A stretch of 64,000 nt of DNA from an uncultured Verrucomicrobiae bacterium. GTDB lineage: Bacteria > Verrucomicrobiota > Verrucomicrobiia > Palsa-1439. Positions 30,809 to 40,707 of this stretch are shown here, piece by piece; position 1 is the first letter of the stretch; the number at the start of each line of letters is the position of its first letter. A program made the position numbers and the translations under genes. Where the stretch lies: contig CAWEWF010000005.1 of assembly GCA_963812605.1 (NCBI GenBank), positions 224,001 to 288,000 on the forward strand. The letters run 5' to 3'. The notes under the pieces were generated by a model, which was not told the origin of the DNA, did not search any database, and saw only the letters and a list, made by a program, of their open reading frames with translations.

Positions 30809-32539
30809 CTAATCCACCGTGGCCGTGCGGCCGGAGACGGGGACGGTGCCGTTGATGACGTGGTTGATGTTGCCGTCGGAACGTCTGCCCAGTCGGACAG
30901 CGATCATGTGGTGCATTTTGATCGTGGGAGCGGTCGGCGTTTCGATGGCGTTATCGGCAACTACCGGACCGTTTCGAAACATACAGTAGACGCCGAGCCC
31001 CCAGGCTTCATGGGTCCGCACGTTGTCGCTGACTTTATACGACGCGTATCCGTTGGAATCACCGTGGCGCCAGGCATCCTGGCTCGGCGGGTCGTAGGGC
31101 ATTTCCGATTGGTAGAAATAAACGCGACCGCCATCGCCGTTCCAGAGCGTTTGATATTGCTGGCAATGTTCAACAAACAAACCGTACAAGGTGACGTTCT
31201 CCCCATTCACGATCAACCCGTTGGCGTTCTTGTTTGAATTCCAGCCCACGCCCTGACCGTGGTCCGCGCGCCACAGCCAGAAATTATCGCCCACGACATC
31301 ATGGGAATTGATCGTGACCATGCACGTGGCGCTTCCTAGCGCTGCGCCACCCGCCCGGCAAAAGATGTCGTAAACAAATACCGGATCCATTGCGTGGGAT
31401 TTGGCAGAGCCGGGCTCGCCTATCTGGAACAGCGTCGGCGAATTGGAGACGCCGGCCTCAAAAAGGATTCCTCCGACCTTCACACCATCGACATCCGCAA
31501 TCGTCATGGCTGCGGTTCCTTGGTCCGGTATTAAAGTGGGGAAGCCCAATCCTAGAACCACAGTGTCGGGTCGGGAGATCTGGAGGCTGCTCTCCAGATG
31601 GTAGATTCCCGGAGTCAACATCAGGTTCTTGCCGCTCTTCAGCGCGGCGTTGATTGTGGCAGCGGTATCCGTCTCGGGATGGGCGACGTAAAAACGATCC
31701 AGCGGCAAAGCTTTCCCTGACGAGGAATTATCCGACCAGGTGATGCCCTGCGCACCTTTGGCAGCCAGGTCTGGAACCATGACGAAATAACGTCCGTTAT
31801 CGTCCACGAAGAGATAAGGTTTCTCGCGAATGAGCGGGGTCTTATCAATGACCGTATAGGGCGAATTGGGCCACGCCTTCGCCGGCGGGTTGACCGTGCC
31901 GAGAAAAACCATGTTCCATACGCCGCCCGTCCAATGGCCGAATGAGGTGTTCCTTGAAAACCATTGCTGCTGCGACCCGGAATCAGCCCGTCCGTCAATC
32001 TTGGAATCCGCGAGAAAGCCGCCGCTGGACCATCCCCCGTCCGACAAATTCAAATCGCCCCGGATATGGATGCGGCGCAACGCGGTGCCCTGTGAGACGG
32101 CCCAAATATTGATCTTGTCGTCTTGTGTCGGCGTTACGGAAAGATTTTCCGCGCTGCGCCAGAAATTGCAGGTGGCATTGCCCCGCATCCAGCGCGCCTT
32201 CGAGCGCACGGCACCGGTAATGGCAACGTCGTCGGGAGATTTTCCCAGGCCCATGACCTGCGTGTAAAAGCCGACCTGCACATCCAGGTCGTACTTGCCG
32301 GGCTTGAAGAGAAGCGCATAGCGATTCGTCCCAAACTGGTTGCGTTCCTGATTGCTGAAGACCGCATCGAGCCGGCTTTGCATGGTTGTCGCGTTCATGG
32401 ACGAATCGAATACCAGGACATTCGGGCCGAAATCCGGGACGGCAATTTGCTCGGCAGCGGACAGCGGAGCGGAAATGAACAAGCCCTGGCCGGTGACGAG
32501 CAGGAAGGCAATCATTGAGACGAGTGAAGCGGATTGCAT
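30809..32539 (-). CDS. GH55-like exo-beta-1,3-glucanase (bacterial type)
   Basis: PDFGPNV, RYALLFKPGKY, NATCNFWRSAEN, WAVSQ, SGSQQQW, WLWRADHG and YQSEMPYDPP. Confidence 0.8.
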   Translation of the reverse strand: MQSASLVSMIAFLLVTGQGLFISAPLSAAEQIAVPDFGPNVLVFDSSMNATTMQSRLDAVFSNQERNQFGTNRYALLFKPGKYDLDVQVGFYTQVMGLGKSPDDVAITGAVRSKARWMRGNATCNFWRSAENLSVTPTQDDKINIWAVSQGTALRRIHIRGDLNLSDGGWSSGGFLADSKIDGRADSGSQQQWFSRNTSFGHWTGGVWNMVFLGTVNPPAKAWPNSPYTVIDKTPLIREKPYLFVDDNGRYFVMVPDLAAKGAQGITWSDNSSSGKALPLDRFYVAHPETDTAATINAALKSGKNLMLTPGIYHLESSLQISRPDTVVLGLGFPTLIPDQGTAAMTIADVDGVKVGGILFEAGVSNSPTLFQIGEPGSAKSHAMDPVFVYDIFCRAGGAALGSATCMVTINSHDVVGDNFWLWRADHGQGVGWNSNKNANGLIVNGENVTLYGLFVEHCQQYQTLWNGDGGRVYFYQSEMPYDPPSQDAWRHGDSNGYASYKVSDNVRTHEAWGLGVYCMFRNGPVVADNAIETPTAPTIKMHHMIAVRLGRRSDGNINHVINGTVPVSGRTATVD

Positions 32540-32646
32540 GCGCCGAACATAGACGCGCGTCTTTTTCGGCACAAGATTAAACCCCTCGATTGGGGCAGAT
32601 TCCGACCGGGGTTTGGCATGGGCCGGCCGCTGGCTAAAACCTGCGG

Positions 32647-33919
32647 TTACGGGGCTGATAAAAGTCGTTTCGTGGGATCGACGGCCAGCCAGCAGAGCGC
32701 GGCCAGGACGTAGCAAGCGGCGACGGTCATCAGCGACAAATCCCATGCGCCGTGCCGTTGCAGCCATTCACCGATCACCAGCGGGCTGATCGCGCCGCCC
32801 AGGTTCCCGAGCATATTCATCATTCCACTGACCACGCCCGAGTGGATTCCGCCGATTTCAAGACAGACAGCCCAGCCCGGCGCGACGGCCAGCGCGGCCA
32901 GGAGCGCCGCAAGCGCCAGCAACCAGGCCGCGGCGATGGGGCTGGGCGTGTGCACCGCGGCCAACATGGTGATGGCGGCCAGCGGCAGGCCGACGATGCC
33001 CGGTACACGCCGGCCGATCTTCAGGCCAACAGTGCGGACCAGCGCATCGCTGACGAGACCGCCGCAGAGCACACCGGTGGCAATTCCAATCAGCGGCAAT
33101 GACGACAACCAGCCCGCGTGTTGCAGGTCGAATCCACGGGCGCGCATGAGATAGGTTGGCAGCCACGTAAGGTAAAAATACCAGCCGTAGATCACGCCAA
33201 AATACATGAAGCACACGGCCCAGACGCTGCGGTTCGCCAACAGGTTTTGCCAGGGCACGCGTTCGTGAGGAACCGGGGGCTGGCAGCCAATTTCCCGCAG
33301 TTCCGCTTCATTGACCGCGGCGTGCCGATGTGGGTCGTCGCGGAACCACCCGTACCACGCCAGCGCCCATACGATGCCCACGCAGCCGAAGATCGGGAAC
33401 GTATGCCGCCAGTGCATTCGGTCGAGCATCCACACGACCAGCGGTTGCGTGATCGCGCCGCCGAGCGCGCCGGTCATTACGGCGAGCCCGAACGCGCGCC
33501 CGTGTTCGCGGGTGGGAAGCCAGCGCGCGAACGCCCGGGCCATGCAGGGGAAACAGCCCGCTTCGCCAACGCCAAATAACATCCGAATCAGGAACAGGGA
33601 CACGAATCCCGTTGCCCAACCCGTCACGGCGGTCATTACCGACCACCAAATCACGATGCGCGTCAGCATCAATCGCGGCCCGAACCGATCCGCCAGCCAG
33701 CCGCTGGGCACTTCCATTAGCGCATAGGCGAACGTGAAGGCACTGAAGACGCGGCCCATCTGCGCGTTGTTGAGGCCCAGGTCGGTTTTCATCGCGGGCG
33801 CGGCGGTGGAAATGCAAACGCGGTCAAGATAGGCGATCGCGGTAAGCAGCAGCATAAACCCCAGTACGCCGTAACGAACGCGTGTGGGAGAAGGCGAATC
33901 GTTGCGGGATGCGATCCAC
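32647..33919 (-). CDS. MFS transporter, anion:cation symporter (sugar-acid) type; 5' end uncertain
   Basis: PTRVRYGVL lies in frame upstream of ATG 33855. AYLDRVCIS, GWLADRFGPR, RMLFGVGEAG; about 12 TM segments. Confidence 0.88.
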
Positions 33920-34012
33920 GGGCCTTTTTATAGCGCGGCCTGCGCGCTTCGGGCGACGTTTATTTGCAAGCGTTACGAATTGGCGTAAGTTAATTGAGAA
34001 TAGGAGGCGCAG

Positions 34013-35089
34013 ATGAAAATCATCAGACGAATCATTGTGGGCACGGTGTTTGTTATGCCGTGGTTGATGTTGAGTAATGTTCGGGCGGCAGATGTATCGG
34101 TCGGTGTTGAAATCAATTCGCCAGACGACTTTTATGAGCCGTTGTCGGCCCAAGGGTCCTGGGTGGAAGTCGGTTCGTACGGACGATGCTGGCATCCTTA
34201 TGGTGTCGCGGCCTCGTGGCGACCTTATTGCAATGGGACGTGGGTGTGGACAGATGAGGGGTGGTACTGGCAAAGCGATGAAGCGTGGTCGTGGGCGTGC
34301 TATCACTATGGCCGCTGGGCCGATGATCCGTATTACGGCTGGGTTTGGACACCGGACACGGTCTGGGGACCGTCGTGGGTTTGCTTTCGCGAGGGCGGCG
34401 GTTATTGCGGTTGGGCGCCGCTGCCGCCGGGCGCGGTGTTCGGAGCGAGCGGCGAACTGGTGATTGGCGCTGTGCCGAATGACTGGTTTGTCTTCGTCGG
34501 CGAACGCCATTTCGGTGAGCGCATCGACCAGCGCAGTGTGATTATCAATAACACGACGATCATCAATCGAACGACGATCAATACCAGAATCCGCCGGGAG
34601 AATAACCGGGTGATTGCCGAAGGGCCGCGCGTGCAGGACCTCCAACGGGTCAATCACGTGCGCATCCAGACGGGAAATGTCTCAACATTGCGCCAGCGCG
34701 AAAAGGCCCCGCCGATTGCGCATCGGGCCGCGCCGGAGCCGATACTCCACCGGGAAAATGAGAAACCGGTCGAACGTCCGGCCACTGAGCCGAAGCGTGA
34801 AACCACGCCCGGTAGGGAGCCCGAGATCATTCGTGGGCCACCAAGCGCGCCCGAGCCATCACCCGCCGAGCGGCAACGGACCGAACCGCCACCTGCGGAA
34901 AAACCACAGCGCACGGAGCCGCCGGCGGAACGGCGGGAGCCTGCCGAGCAGCACCCAAGCGAACCGGCTCATGGCGAGAAGGTCGCTCCACCTCAACACG
35001 AAAAAGTTCCTCCTCAAGAACAGAAGGGTGAACAGCACGAGGAGCAGGGACAGCAAAAGGGTGAGGAACAGCCCGGCAAGGAGCGCTAA
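34013..35089 (+). CDS. Exported DUF6600-type protein with Pro/Glu-rich tail
   Basis: FYEPLSAQGSW..WRPYCNGTWVWTDEGWYW..YHYGRW..WGPSWV..GWAPLPP followed by a low-complexity C-terminus. Confidence 0.75.
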   Translation: MKIIRRIIVGTVFVMPWLMLSNVRAADVSVGVEINSPDDFYEPLSAQGSWVEVGSYGRCWHPYGVAASWRPYCNGTWVWTDEGWYWQSDEAWSWACYHYGRWADDPYYGWVWTPDTVWGPSWVCFREGGGYCGWAPLPPGAVFGASGELVIGAVPNDWFVFVGERHFGERIDQRSVIINNTTIINRTTINTRIRRENNRVIAEGPRVQDLQRVNHVRIQTGNVSTLRQREKAPPIAHRAAPEPILHRENEKPVERPATEPKRETTPGREPEIIRGPPSAPEPSPAERQRTEPPPAEKPQRTEPPAERREPAEQHPSEPAHGEKVAPPQHEKVPPQEQKGEQHEEQGQQKGEEQPGKER

Positions 35090-35163
35090 CCGTCCGGTAA
35101 TACTGAAGAGACAGACGCGGCGATGAAGAAAATCATTGCCGCGTCTGCTGTAGTTTATCAACA

Positions 35164-36246
35164 ATGAAAACCATGCCCCATCTCTTCGAGCCGCTTACCT
35201 TGCGCGGGTTGACCCTGAAACATCGCATCATTGTCTCCCCGATGTGCATGTATTCAAGCGAGGACGGATTCGCCAACGATTGGCACCTCGTGCACTTGGG
35301 GAGTCGTGCCTGCGGCGGGGCGGCGCTGGTGTTTACCGAAGCAACGGCGGTGGAACCCGAGGGGCGCATTTCACCCGAAGACCTGGGGCTGTGGAAAGAC
35401 GAACATATCGAGTTCCTGAAGCGCATCACAGCTTTCATCAAATCGCAAGGCGCGGCGCCGGGAATTCAATTGGCGCATGCAGGCCGCAAGGCCAGCACGC
35501 TTTCGCCGCAGGCAGGAAAACGCGGGATCGTTTCCAAGGAAAACGGCGGCTGGACACCGCTCGCGCCGAGCCCGGTTCCTTTCAATCCCGGCGATCCCGC
35601 GCCGGAGGAACTCACCGTCGAGGGCATCCAGCGGATTGTGCGGAAGTTTCAGGAAGCCGCCGCGCGCGCGTTGGCAGCCGGGTTTGAAGTTGTCGAAGTC
35701 CACTCGGCCCATGGTTATTTGCTGGATGAGTTTCTTTCGCCACTTGCGAACCAGCGGAAGGATGCATACGGTGGCTCATTGGAGAATCGCACCCGCATCG
35801 TGCGGGAAGTCGTCTCAGCGATACGGAAAGTGTGGCCGGAGAGCAAACCGCTTTTCATCCGCATCTCCGCGACCGATTGGAAGGAACCGGAGGGCTGGAC
35901 GATTGAGCAGTCAGTGGAACTGGCGAAGATGGTGAAGGGGCTGGGGGTGGATTTGATTGATTGTTCTTCCGGCGGCATCGCTCCTGACGCCAAAATCCCG
36001 TCAACGCCCGGTGACCAGACGCCCTTCGCCGAGAAAATCCGTCGCGAAGCCGGTATCGCGACCGGCGCAGTCGGTTACATCACCACCGCGACTCAAGCCG
36101 ATGAGATCATCCGTACTGGCAAGGCGAACTTGGTCCTCATGGCGCGTGAATTCCTGCGCGACCCGTATTTCCCGCTACACGCCGCCGCCGAACTCCACCA
36201 GGACATCACCTGGCCCAGGCCGTACGAACGGGCCAAAGGGAAGTAG
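35164..36246 (+). CDS. namA: NADH:flavin oxidoreductase (Old Yellow Enzyme, YqjM/NamA type)
   Basis: SPMCMYS, IQLAHAGRKAS, HSAHGYLL and RISATDW. Confidence 0.9.
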   Translation: MKTMPHLFEPLTLRGLTLKHRIIVSPMCMYSSEDGFANDWHLVHLGSRACGGAALVFTEATAVEPEGRISPEDLGLWKDEHIEFLKRITAFIKSQGAAPGIQLAHAGRKASTLSPQAGKRGIVSKENGGWTPLAPSPVPFNPGDPAPEELTVEGIQRIVRKFQEAAARALAAGFEVVEVHSAHGYLLDEFLSPLANQRKDAYGGSLENRTRIVREVVSAIRKVWPESKPLFIRISATDWKEPEGWTIEQSVELAKMVKGLGVDLIDCSSGGIAPDAKIPSTPGDQTPFAEKIRREAGIATGAVGYITTATQADEIIRTGKANLVLMAREFLRDPYFPLHAAAELHQDITWPRPYERAKGK

Positions 36247-36278
36247 CTTTGCAAGAGGACAGCGGACGTTCTTCCTAA

Positions 36279-36400
36279 GAGCGCCTAACAGAACTTCCCA
36301 CGCATGTTGTAGCCGCGGCGCTCTGTCGCCGCGCCGACCTGACTTTCACCCCACGCCGACAGAGCGGCGTGCCTACAAGAGTCGGTTTTGTTAGGCGCTC
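36279..36400. mobile_element. MITE family B: IS5-like (IS1031-type) ends, TAA target duplication, internal GTAG REP doublet
   Basis: TAA|GAGCGCCTAACAGAAC ... GTTTTGTTAGGCGCTC|TAA (15/16 IR). Internal GTAGCCGCGGCGCTCTGTCGCCGCG and ACGCCGACAGAGCGGCGTGCCTAC. Confidence 0.75.
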
Positions 36401-36686
36401 TAAGCCCATTAGCCTGTCGACTCGGAGCCAGCCAGCAATCGGCCTGCGACGATGCCGGATTACGTCGATTGGCGAGCGCAACTCCACGATATATGTCAGT
36501 GACATATATCACGGCTTTCGCGACAATGGATCGTTGTGGATGTATCTCTTGGAGATTTAGCGGAGGCGATTTAGGTGGATACATATGTAACAGATGCATC
36601 ATGCGAGCAAGTGGGGCGGCGCAGCTTGATGAGTTGGGCAATGCTACGGCGCGGAAGAAGGACAACCGGCGATAGAGGTAAGATGC

Positions 36687-36927
36687 GCCCGGCGACCAAC
36701 CCCCCTTGGCCGAGAGAATCCGTCGCGAAGCCGGTATCACCCCCGGTGCAGTCGGTCTCATTACCACGACTGCGCAAGCCGATGAGATCATCCGCGCCGG
36801 ACGAGCGGATGTTGTTTTGATGGCGCGGGAATTCCTGTGCGACCCGTATTTCCCGTTACATGCCGCCGCAGAACTCCACCAAGACATCGGGTGGCCCAAG
36901 CAATACGAGCGGGCGAAAAGCAGATAG
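36687..36927 (+). pseudogene. Diverged duplicate of the 3' end of namA
   Basis: AERIRREAGI..AQADEIIRAGRADVVLMAREFLCDPYFPLHAAAELHQDIGWPKQYERAK aligns with 36007-36246. Confidence 0.88.
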
Positions 36928-36975
36928 CCTATTGCGTTTTCCACAGTTGCTAGCCTCGCTCACTTGATCGTCTTG

Positions 36976-37650
36976 CTAGAGCCCCAGCACCTTCCCCATC
37001 CACTTGGTAACGTCGTATTTATCGACTATATCGTAACGGCTTAGATGCGGCAGGCCAATGATGCGTAGGCCACCTGGCGAAGTAAAAGCACGACACCTCC
37101 ATGTGTGGTGTCCAGAAGGATGGATCAATTCCGGCATATATCCGAATCGTGAATGCAAAAAACTGTAAGGTGACTTACCAGAATTCCCGAACACGATTAA
37201 GCCGTGTGGCCGAACTATGTTGAGAATTTGCTCATGCACCTTCCAGCATAACTCGACGTTCTCGTTATAGGAACTTGAAGCGACACCTCTGCTTCGATTA
37301 AAAAGCAGATTTGATGCGGGAACTTCGCGTGGTGACAGTCCGAGGTGTTCCAGCAACCAGACGACGTGACGTTGCAGCGCGGCTTGACCAGCATCTCGCA
37401 TGCGCCCGCGTACTGTAATCCATTGCTCGTCGAGATAGTTGTTAATCGTCTTTTGAGGCAACTCTTCGAGACTGGTACGCACTGTATCCGTACCGCGACG
37501 CTCAGGTAAACCTCCCGGATTGTGGCCAATGATATATAGAGGACCGCGGCGTAGCGTGGCAGCACTGCTGTAAAGCACATGTCCGCTTTGATCTAAGATT
37601 GGTCGAAGTTGGCGAAGAGCAAACTTGGCAAGATCTTCGGCTGGCGTCAT
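36976..37650 (-). CDS. Uracil-DNA-glycosylase-like fold hypothetical protein
   Basis: YIIGHNPGG, SNLLF, LIVFG and LPHLSRY match the UDG-like motif order. Visibly lower GC than acs. Confidence 0.55.
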   Translation of the reverse strand: MTPAEDLAKFALRQLRPILDQSGHVLYSSAATLRRGPLYIIGHNPGGLPERRGTDTVRTSLEELPQKTINNYLDEQWITVRGRMRDAGQAALQRHVVWLLEHLGLSPREVPASNLLFNRSRGVASSSYNENVELCWKVHEQILNIVRPHGLIVFGNSGKSPYSFLHSRFGYMPELIHPSGHHTWRCRAFTSPGGLRIIGLPHLSRYDIVDKYDVTKWMGKVLGL

Positions 37651-37684
37651 TTAGTATCCAGACAACATTGATTAAAAACCTTAG

Positions 37685-39652
37685 CTATTCCTCATCCGCT
37701 CTCAGCTTGGCGATGACGTTTAGGTCTTCGAGGGTGGTGGTATCACCTTTGACTTCGCCGCCGGCGGCGATTTCTTTGAGGAGGCGGCGCATGATTTTTC
37801 CACTGCGGGTTTTGGGGAGCGCGTCGGTGAAACGGATGTCGTCGGGCTTGGCGATGGGGCCGATCTGGGTCGCGACATGGCCGCGCAGTTCTTCTTTCAG
37901 CGCGGGCGTGATGTTCACATCGCTGCGCGGGGTGACGAAGGCGACGAGGGCCTGGCCTTTTAGCGCGTCGGGGCGGCCGACAACGGCGGCCTCGGCGACT
38001 TTCGGATGCGACACGAGGGCGCTTTCGACCTCGGCGGTGCCGATGCGATGGCCCGCGACGTTGAGCACGTCGTCGATGCGACCGACGATCCAGAAATAAC
38101 CGTCCTTGTCGCGACGGCAACCGTCGCCGGTGAAATAGACGTGCGGGATCTCGCTCCAATACTGGCGCTGGAAGCGTTCGGGGTCGCCGTAGATGGTGCG
38201 CAGCATCGAGGGCCACGGGCGGCGGATGACGAGGTAGCCGCCGACGTTGGGCGGGAGTTCCTTGCCTTCCTTGTTGACGACGGCGGCATCGACGCCGAAG
38301 AAGGGCAGGGTGCCGCTGCCGGGTTTGGTGGGGATGGCGCCGGGCAACGGCGTGATCATGATGCAGCCGGTTTCCGTCTGCCACCAGGTATCGACGATGG
38401 GGCAGCGTTTCTGGCCGATGACGTTGTGGTACCACATCCACGCCTCGGGATTGATCGGTTCGCCGACCGTGCCGAGGAGGCGGAGGGAACTCAGGTCGTG
38501 TTTGTTCGGCCACTGGTCGCCCCAGCGCATGAACGCGCGAATGGCGGTCGGCGCGGTGTAGAGGATGGTGACTTTGTATTTGTCGATGATGCGCCAGAAG
38601 CGGTCCGGCTCGGGCCAGTTCGGCGCGCCTTCGTACATGAGGGTCGTCGCGCCGTTGGCGAGCGCGCCGTACACCGAATAGCTGTGGCCGGTGACCCAGC
38701 CGATGTCGGCGGTGCACCAATACGTGTCCTGCTCCTTCAAGTCGAAGACGTACTTCGTCGTCAGGTACACGCCTAACAGGTAGCCGGCCGTCGTGTGCAG
38801 CACGCCCTTGGGTTTGCCGGTGCTGCCGCTGGTGTAGAGAATGTACAACGGATGTTCGCTATCGAGTTTTTCGGCGGGACAATTCGCGTCGACCTGCTGC
38901 AATTCGTCATGCCACCAGACATCGCGGCCCTCCTGCATCCTGACTTCGGAATTGATGCGGCGCAGGACGATGACCTTGACGATGGACGGACACTCGCGTA
39001 GCGCGTCATCGACATTCTTCTTCAGCAGGACGGTGGTCCCGCGGCGATAACCGCCGTCGGCAGTGATGACCATCTTCGCGCCGCAATCGTGGATGCGGTC
39101 GATGAGCGCCTGCGCGCTGAATCCGCCGAAGACGACCGAGTGCGTCGCGCCGATGCGGGCGCAGGCGAGCATGGCGATGGCCGCTTCGGGAACCATCGGC
39201 AGGTAGATAATGATGCGGTCGCCTTTGACGATGCCGTTACGCTTGAGCACGTTGGCGAAGCGGCAGACTTCACGGTGCAAACCGAGGTAGGTGAGCACGC
39301 GCTCTTCGCCGGCCTTGCCGGTCGTGGCCGGTTCGCCTTCCCAGATGATCGCGGCCTTGTTGCGGCGCGGGCCATCGAGATGGCGGTCGAGGCAGTTGTA
39401 GGAGAGGTTGATCTGTCCGCCGACAAACCATTTCGCAAACGGCTCGTTCCACTCCGAAAGTTTTTTCCACGGCTTGAACCAGTGCAGTTCCTTCGCCATG
39501 CGCGACCAGAACTTTTGCGGGGACTTGATCGACTCGGCGTAGAGTTTGCGGTATTGCGCGAGTGATTTGATATGCGCCTGTTTGGCGAAAGCGGCGGACG
39601 GTTTGAATTTACGCCCCGCCTTTTGTAGCGACGTGATGTCGGTCTGCGCCAT
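37685..39652 (-). CDS. acs: Acetate--CoA ligase
   Basis: [34 protein letters not shown] and [12 protein letters not shown]. Confidence 0.97.
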   Translation of the reverse strand: MAQTDITSLQKAGRKFKPSAAFAKQAHIKSLAQYRKLYAESIKSPQKFWSRMAKELHWFKPWKKLSEWNEPFAKWFVGGQINLSYNCLDRHLDGPRRNKAAIIWEGEPATTGKAGEERVLTYLGLHREVCRFANVLKRNGIVKGDRIIIYLPMVPEAAIAMLACARIGATHSVVFGGFSAQALIDRIHDCGAKMVITADGGYRRGTTVLLKKNVDDALRECPSIVKVIVLRRINSEVRMQEGRDVWWHDELQQVDANCPAEKLDSEHPLYILYTSGSTGKPKGVLHTTAGYLLGVYLTTKYVFDLKEQDTYWCTADIGWVTGHSYSVYGALANGATTLMYEGAPNWPEPDRFWRIIDKYKVTILYTAPTAIRAFMRWGDQWPNKHDLSSLRLLGTVGEPINPEAWMWYHNVIGQKRCPIVDTWWQTETGCIMITPLPGAIPTKPGSGTLPFFGVDAAVVNKEGKELPPNVGGYLVIRRPWPSMLRTIYGDPERFQRQYWSEIPHVYFTGDGCRRDKDGYFWIVGRIDDVLNVAGHRIGTAEVESALVSHPKVAEAAVVGRPDALKGQALVAFVTPRSDVNITPALKEELRGHVATQIGPIAKPDDIRFTDALPKTRSGKIMRRLLKEIAAGGEVKGDTTTLEDLNVIAKLRADEE

Positions 39653-39728
39653 GAGATGTGGCTCCGGTTGTGAGATTCCCAACGACATCGCATCGTAACG
39701 GGCACGAACCGGAGGGTCAACCGCGAAC

Positions 39729-40596
39729 TCAGGGCAGTTCGATGTTCTCGATCTTAAACGGAACGCTCTTGATGGCGTCGGGTGTGGCCAGATAGATGTA
39801 CAATTGCAGCCTGGACGGGGTCTCGTTCTGGAACTGGTAGGTGCGGGAGTCGGTGCCGAAGGAATTCAGGTTGGCCCAGATTTGCCGACCATAGGCGTCC
39901 ATGAAAACCATGTCAGCCAGGCGATGATCCGGATCGTTGATGGAAAACTGGAGACCCTTTCCCTGGCCCGACCGTCGGAACGGAAAACGACGCGACATCG
40001 GAGCCGGTTCCCGGAACCGACGGAACAGCCTGGGTCGCGTTGGTCTCGGAACCTTCCTTGCCGAGGTACGTAATGGTCACGTTCCACTTTTTCAAGAGGG
40101 GATCGCTGAACGTCTCGCCAGGATGGGCCAGGAAATCCTTAACTGATGACCAAGCCGCCATTTTCAGGCGTAGGAAACAGTAAGTCCGCTTCGCCTTCGA
40201 GGAGCTTTAATGGTGTGCGCATTGCGCGCCGGACTCACGAGCTCCACCATATGCGTGGTTTGCATGGCGAAGCCGTTTCCCTGGAATGCGTACATGTTAC
40301 CCTGGGAGAAGCGCCTTCGCGTTCGCTCCTGTTCCGAGTCCACCCGCAGATCGTGTCCCGTGTCATCCACGGCGGTCGTAACCCGAACCTCGCGAATTCC
40401 GAAGGCGTCCGCCAACGTCACCGCCCGAAAAGCGCAGTTGCAAATTGCAGCGGGGCATGGCATTTCCCGTCGAGCGCATATCGGTGACACTATCAACCGT
40501 GACTTGAACGTCATTGGTCGCGCCAGTGGCGATTCCCGCAAACGCGGTCACGAACGAAAGACACAACAATGTGCGCACGCACGGGGAAGCCTTCAT
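39729..40596 (-). CDS. Secreted hypothetical protein (several frameshifts)
   Basis: Signal-peptide start in ORF 40363..40596. Protein-like segments continue through ORFs 40164..40541, 39913..40161 and 39729..39998 (..[11 protein letters not shown]). Confidence 0.55.
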
Positions 40597-40707
40597 GACC
40601 AGCAGGCTAGCAGGAAGCGCCCCAGACTAAAAGAACAAACGCGAAGGCAAGGTCGATGGCCAATTCTCGCGTGCAACAGCTCCGAACATGGATTATCGTG
40701 AGGATCA

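Noticed and set aside
34700-35089. Repetitive Pro/Glu/Gln-rich sequence
   Set aside because: Ordinary low-complexity tail of the DUF6600-type protein.
36279-36400. Reading this element as an attC site (GCCTAAC...GTTAGGC)
   Set aside because: The IR extends outward to GAGC/GCTC with a TAA duplication and the interior is a GTAG REP pair. A MITE fits better, though attC is not fully excluded.
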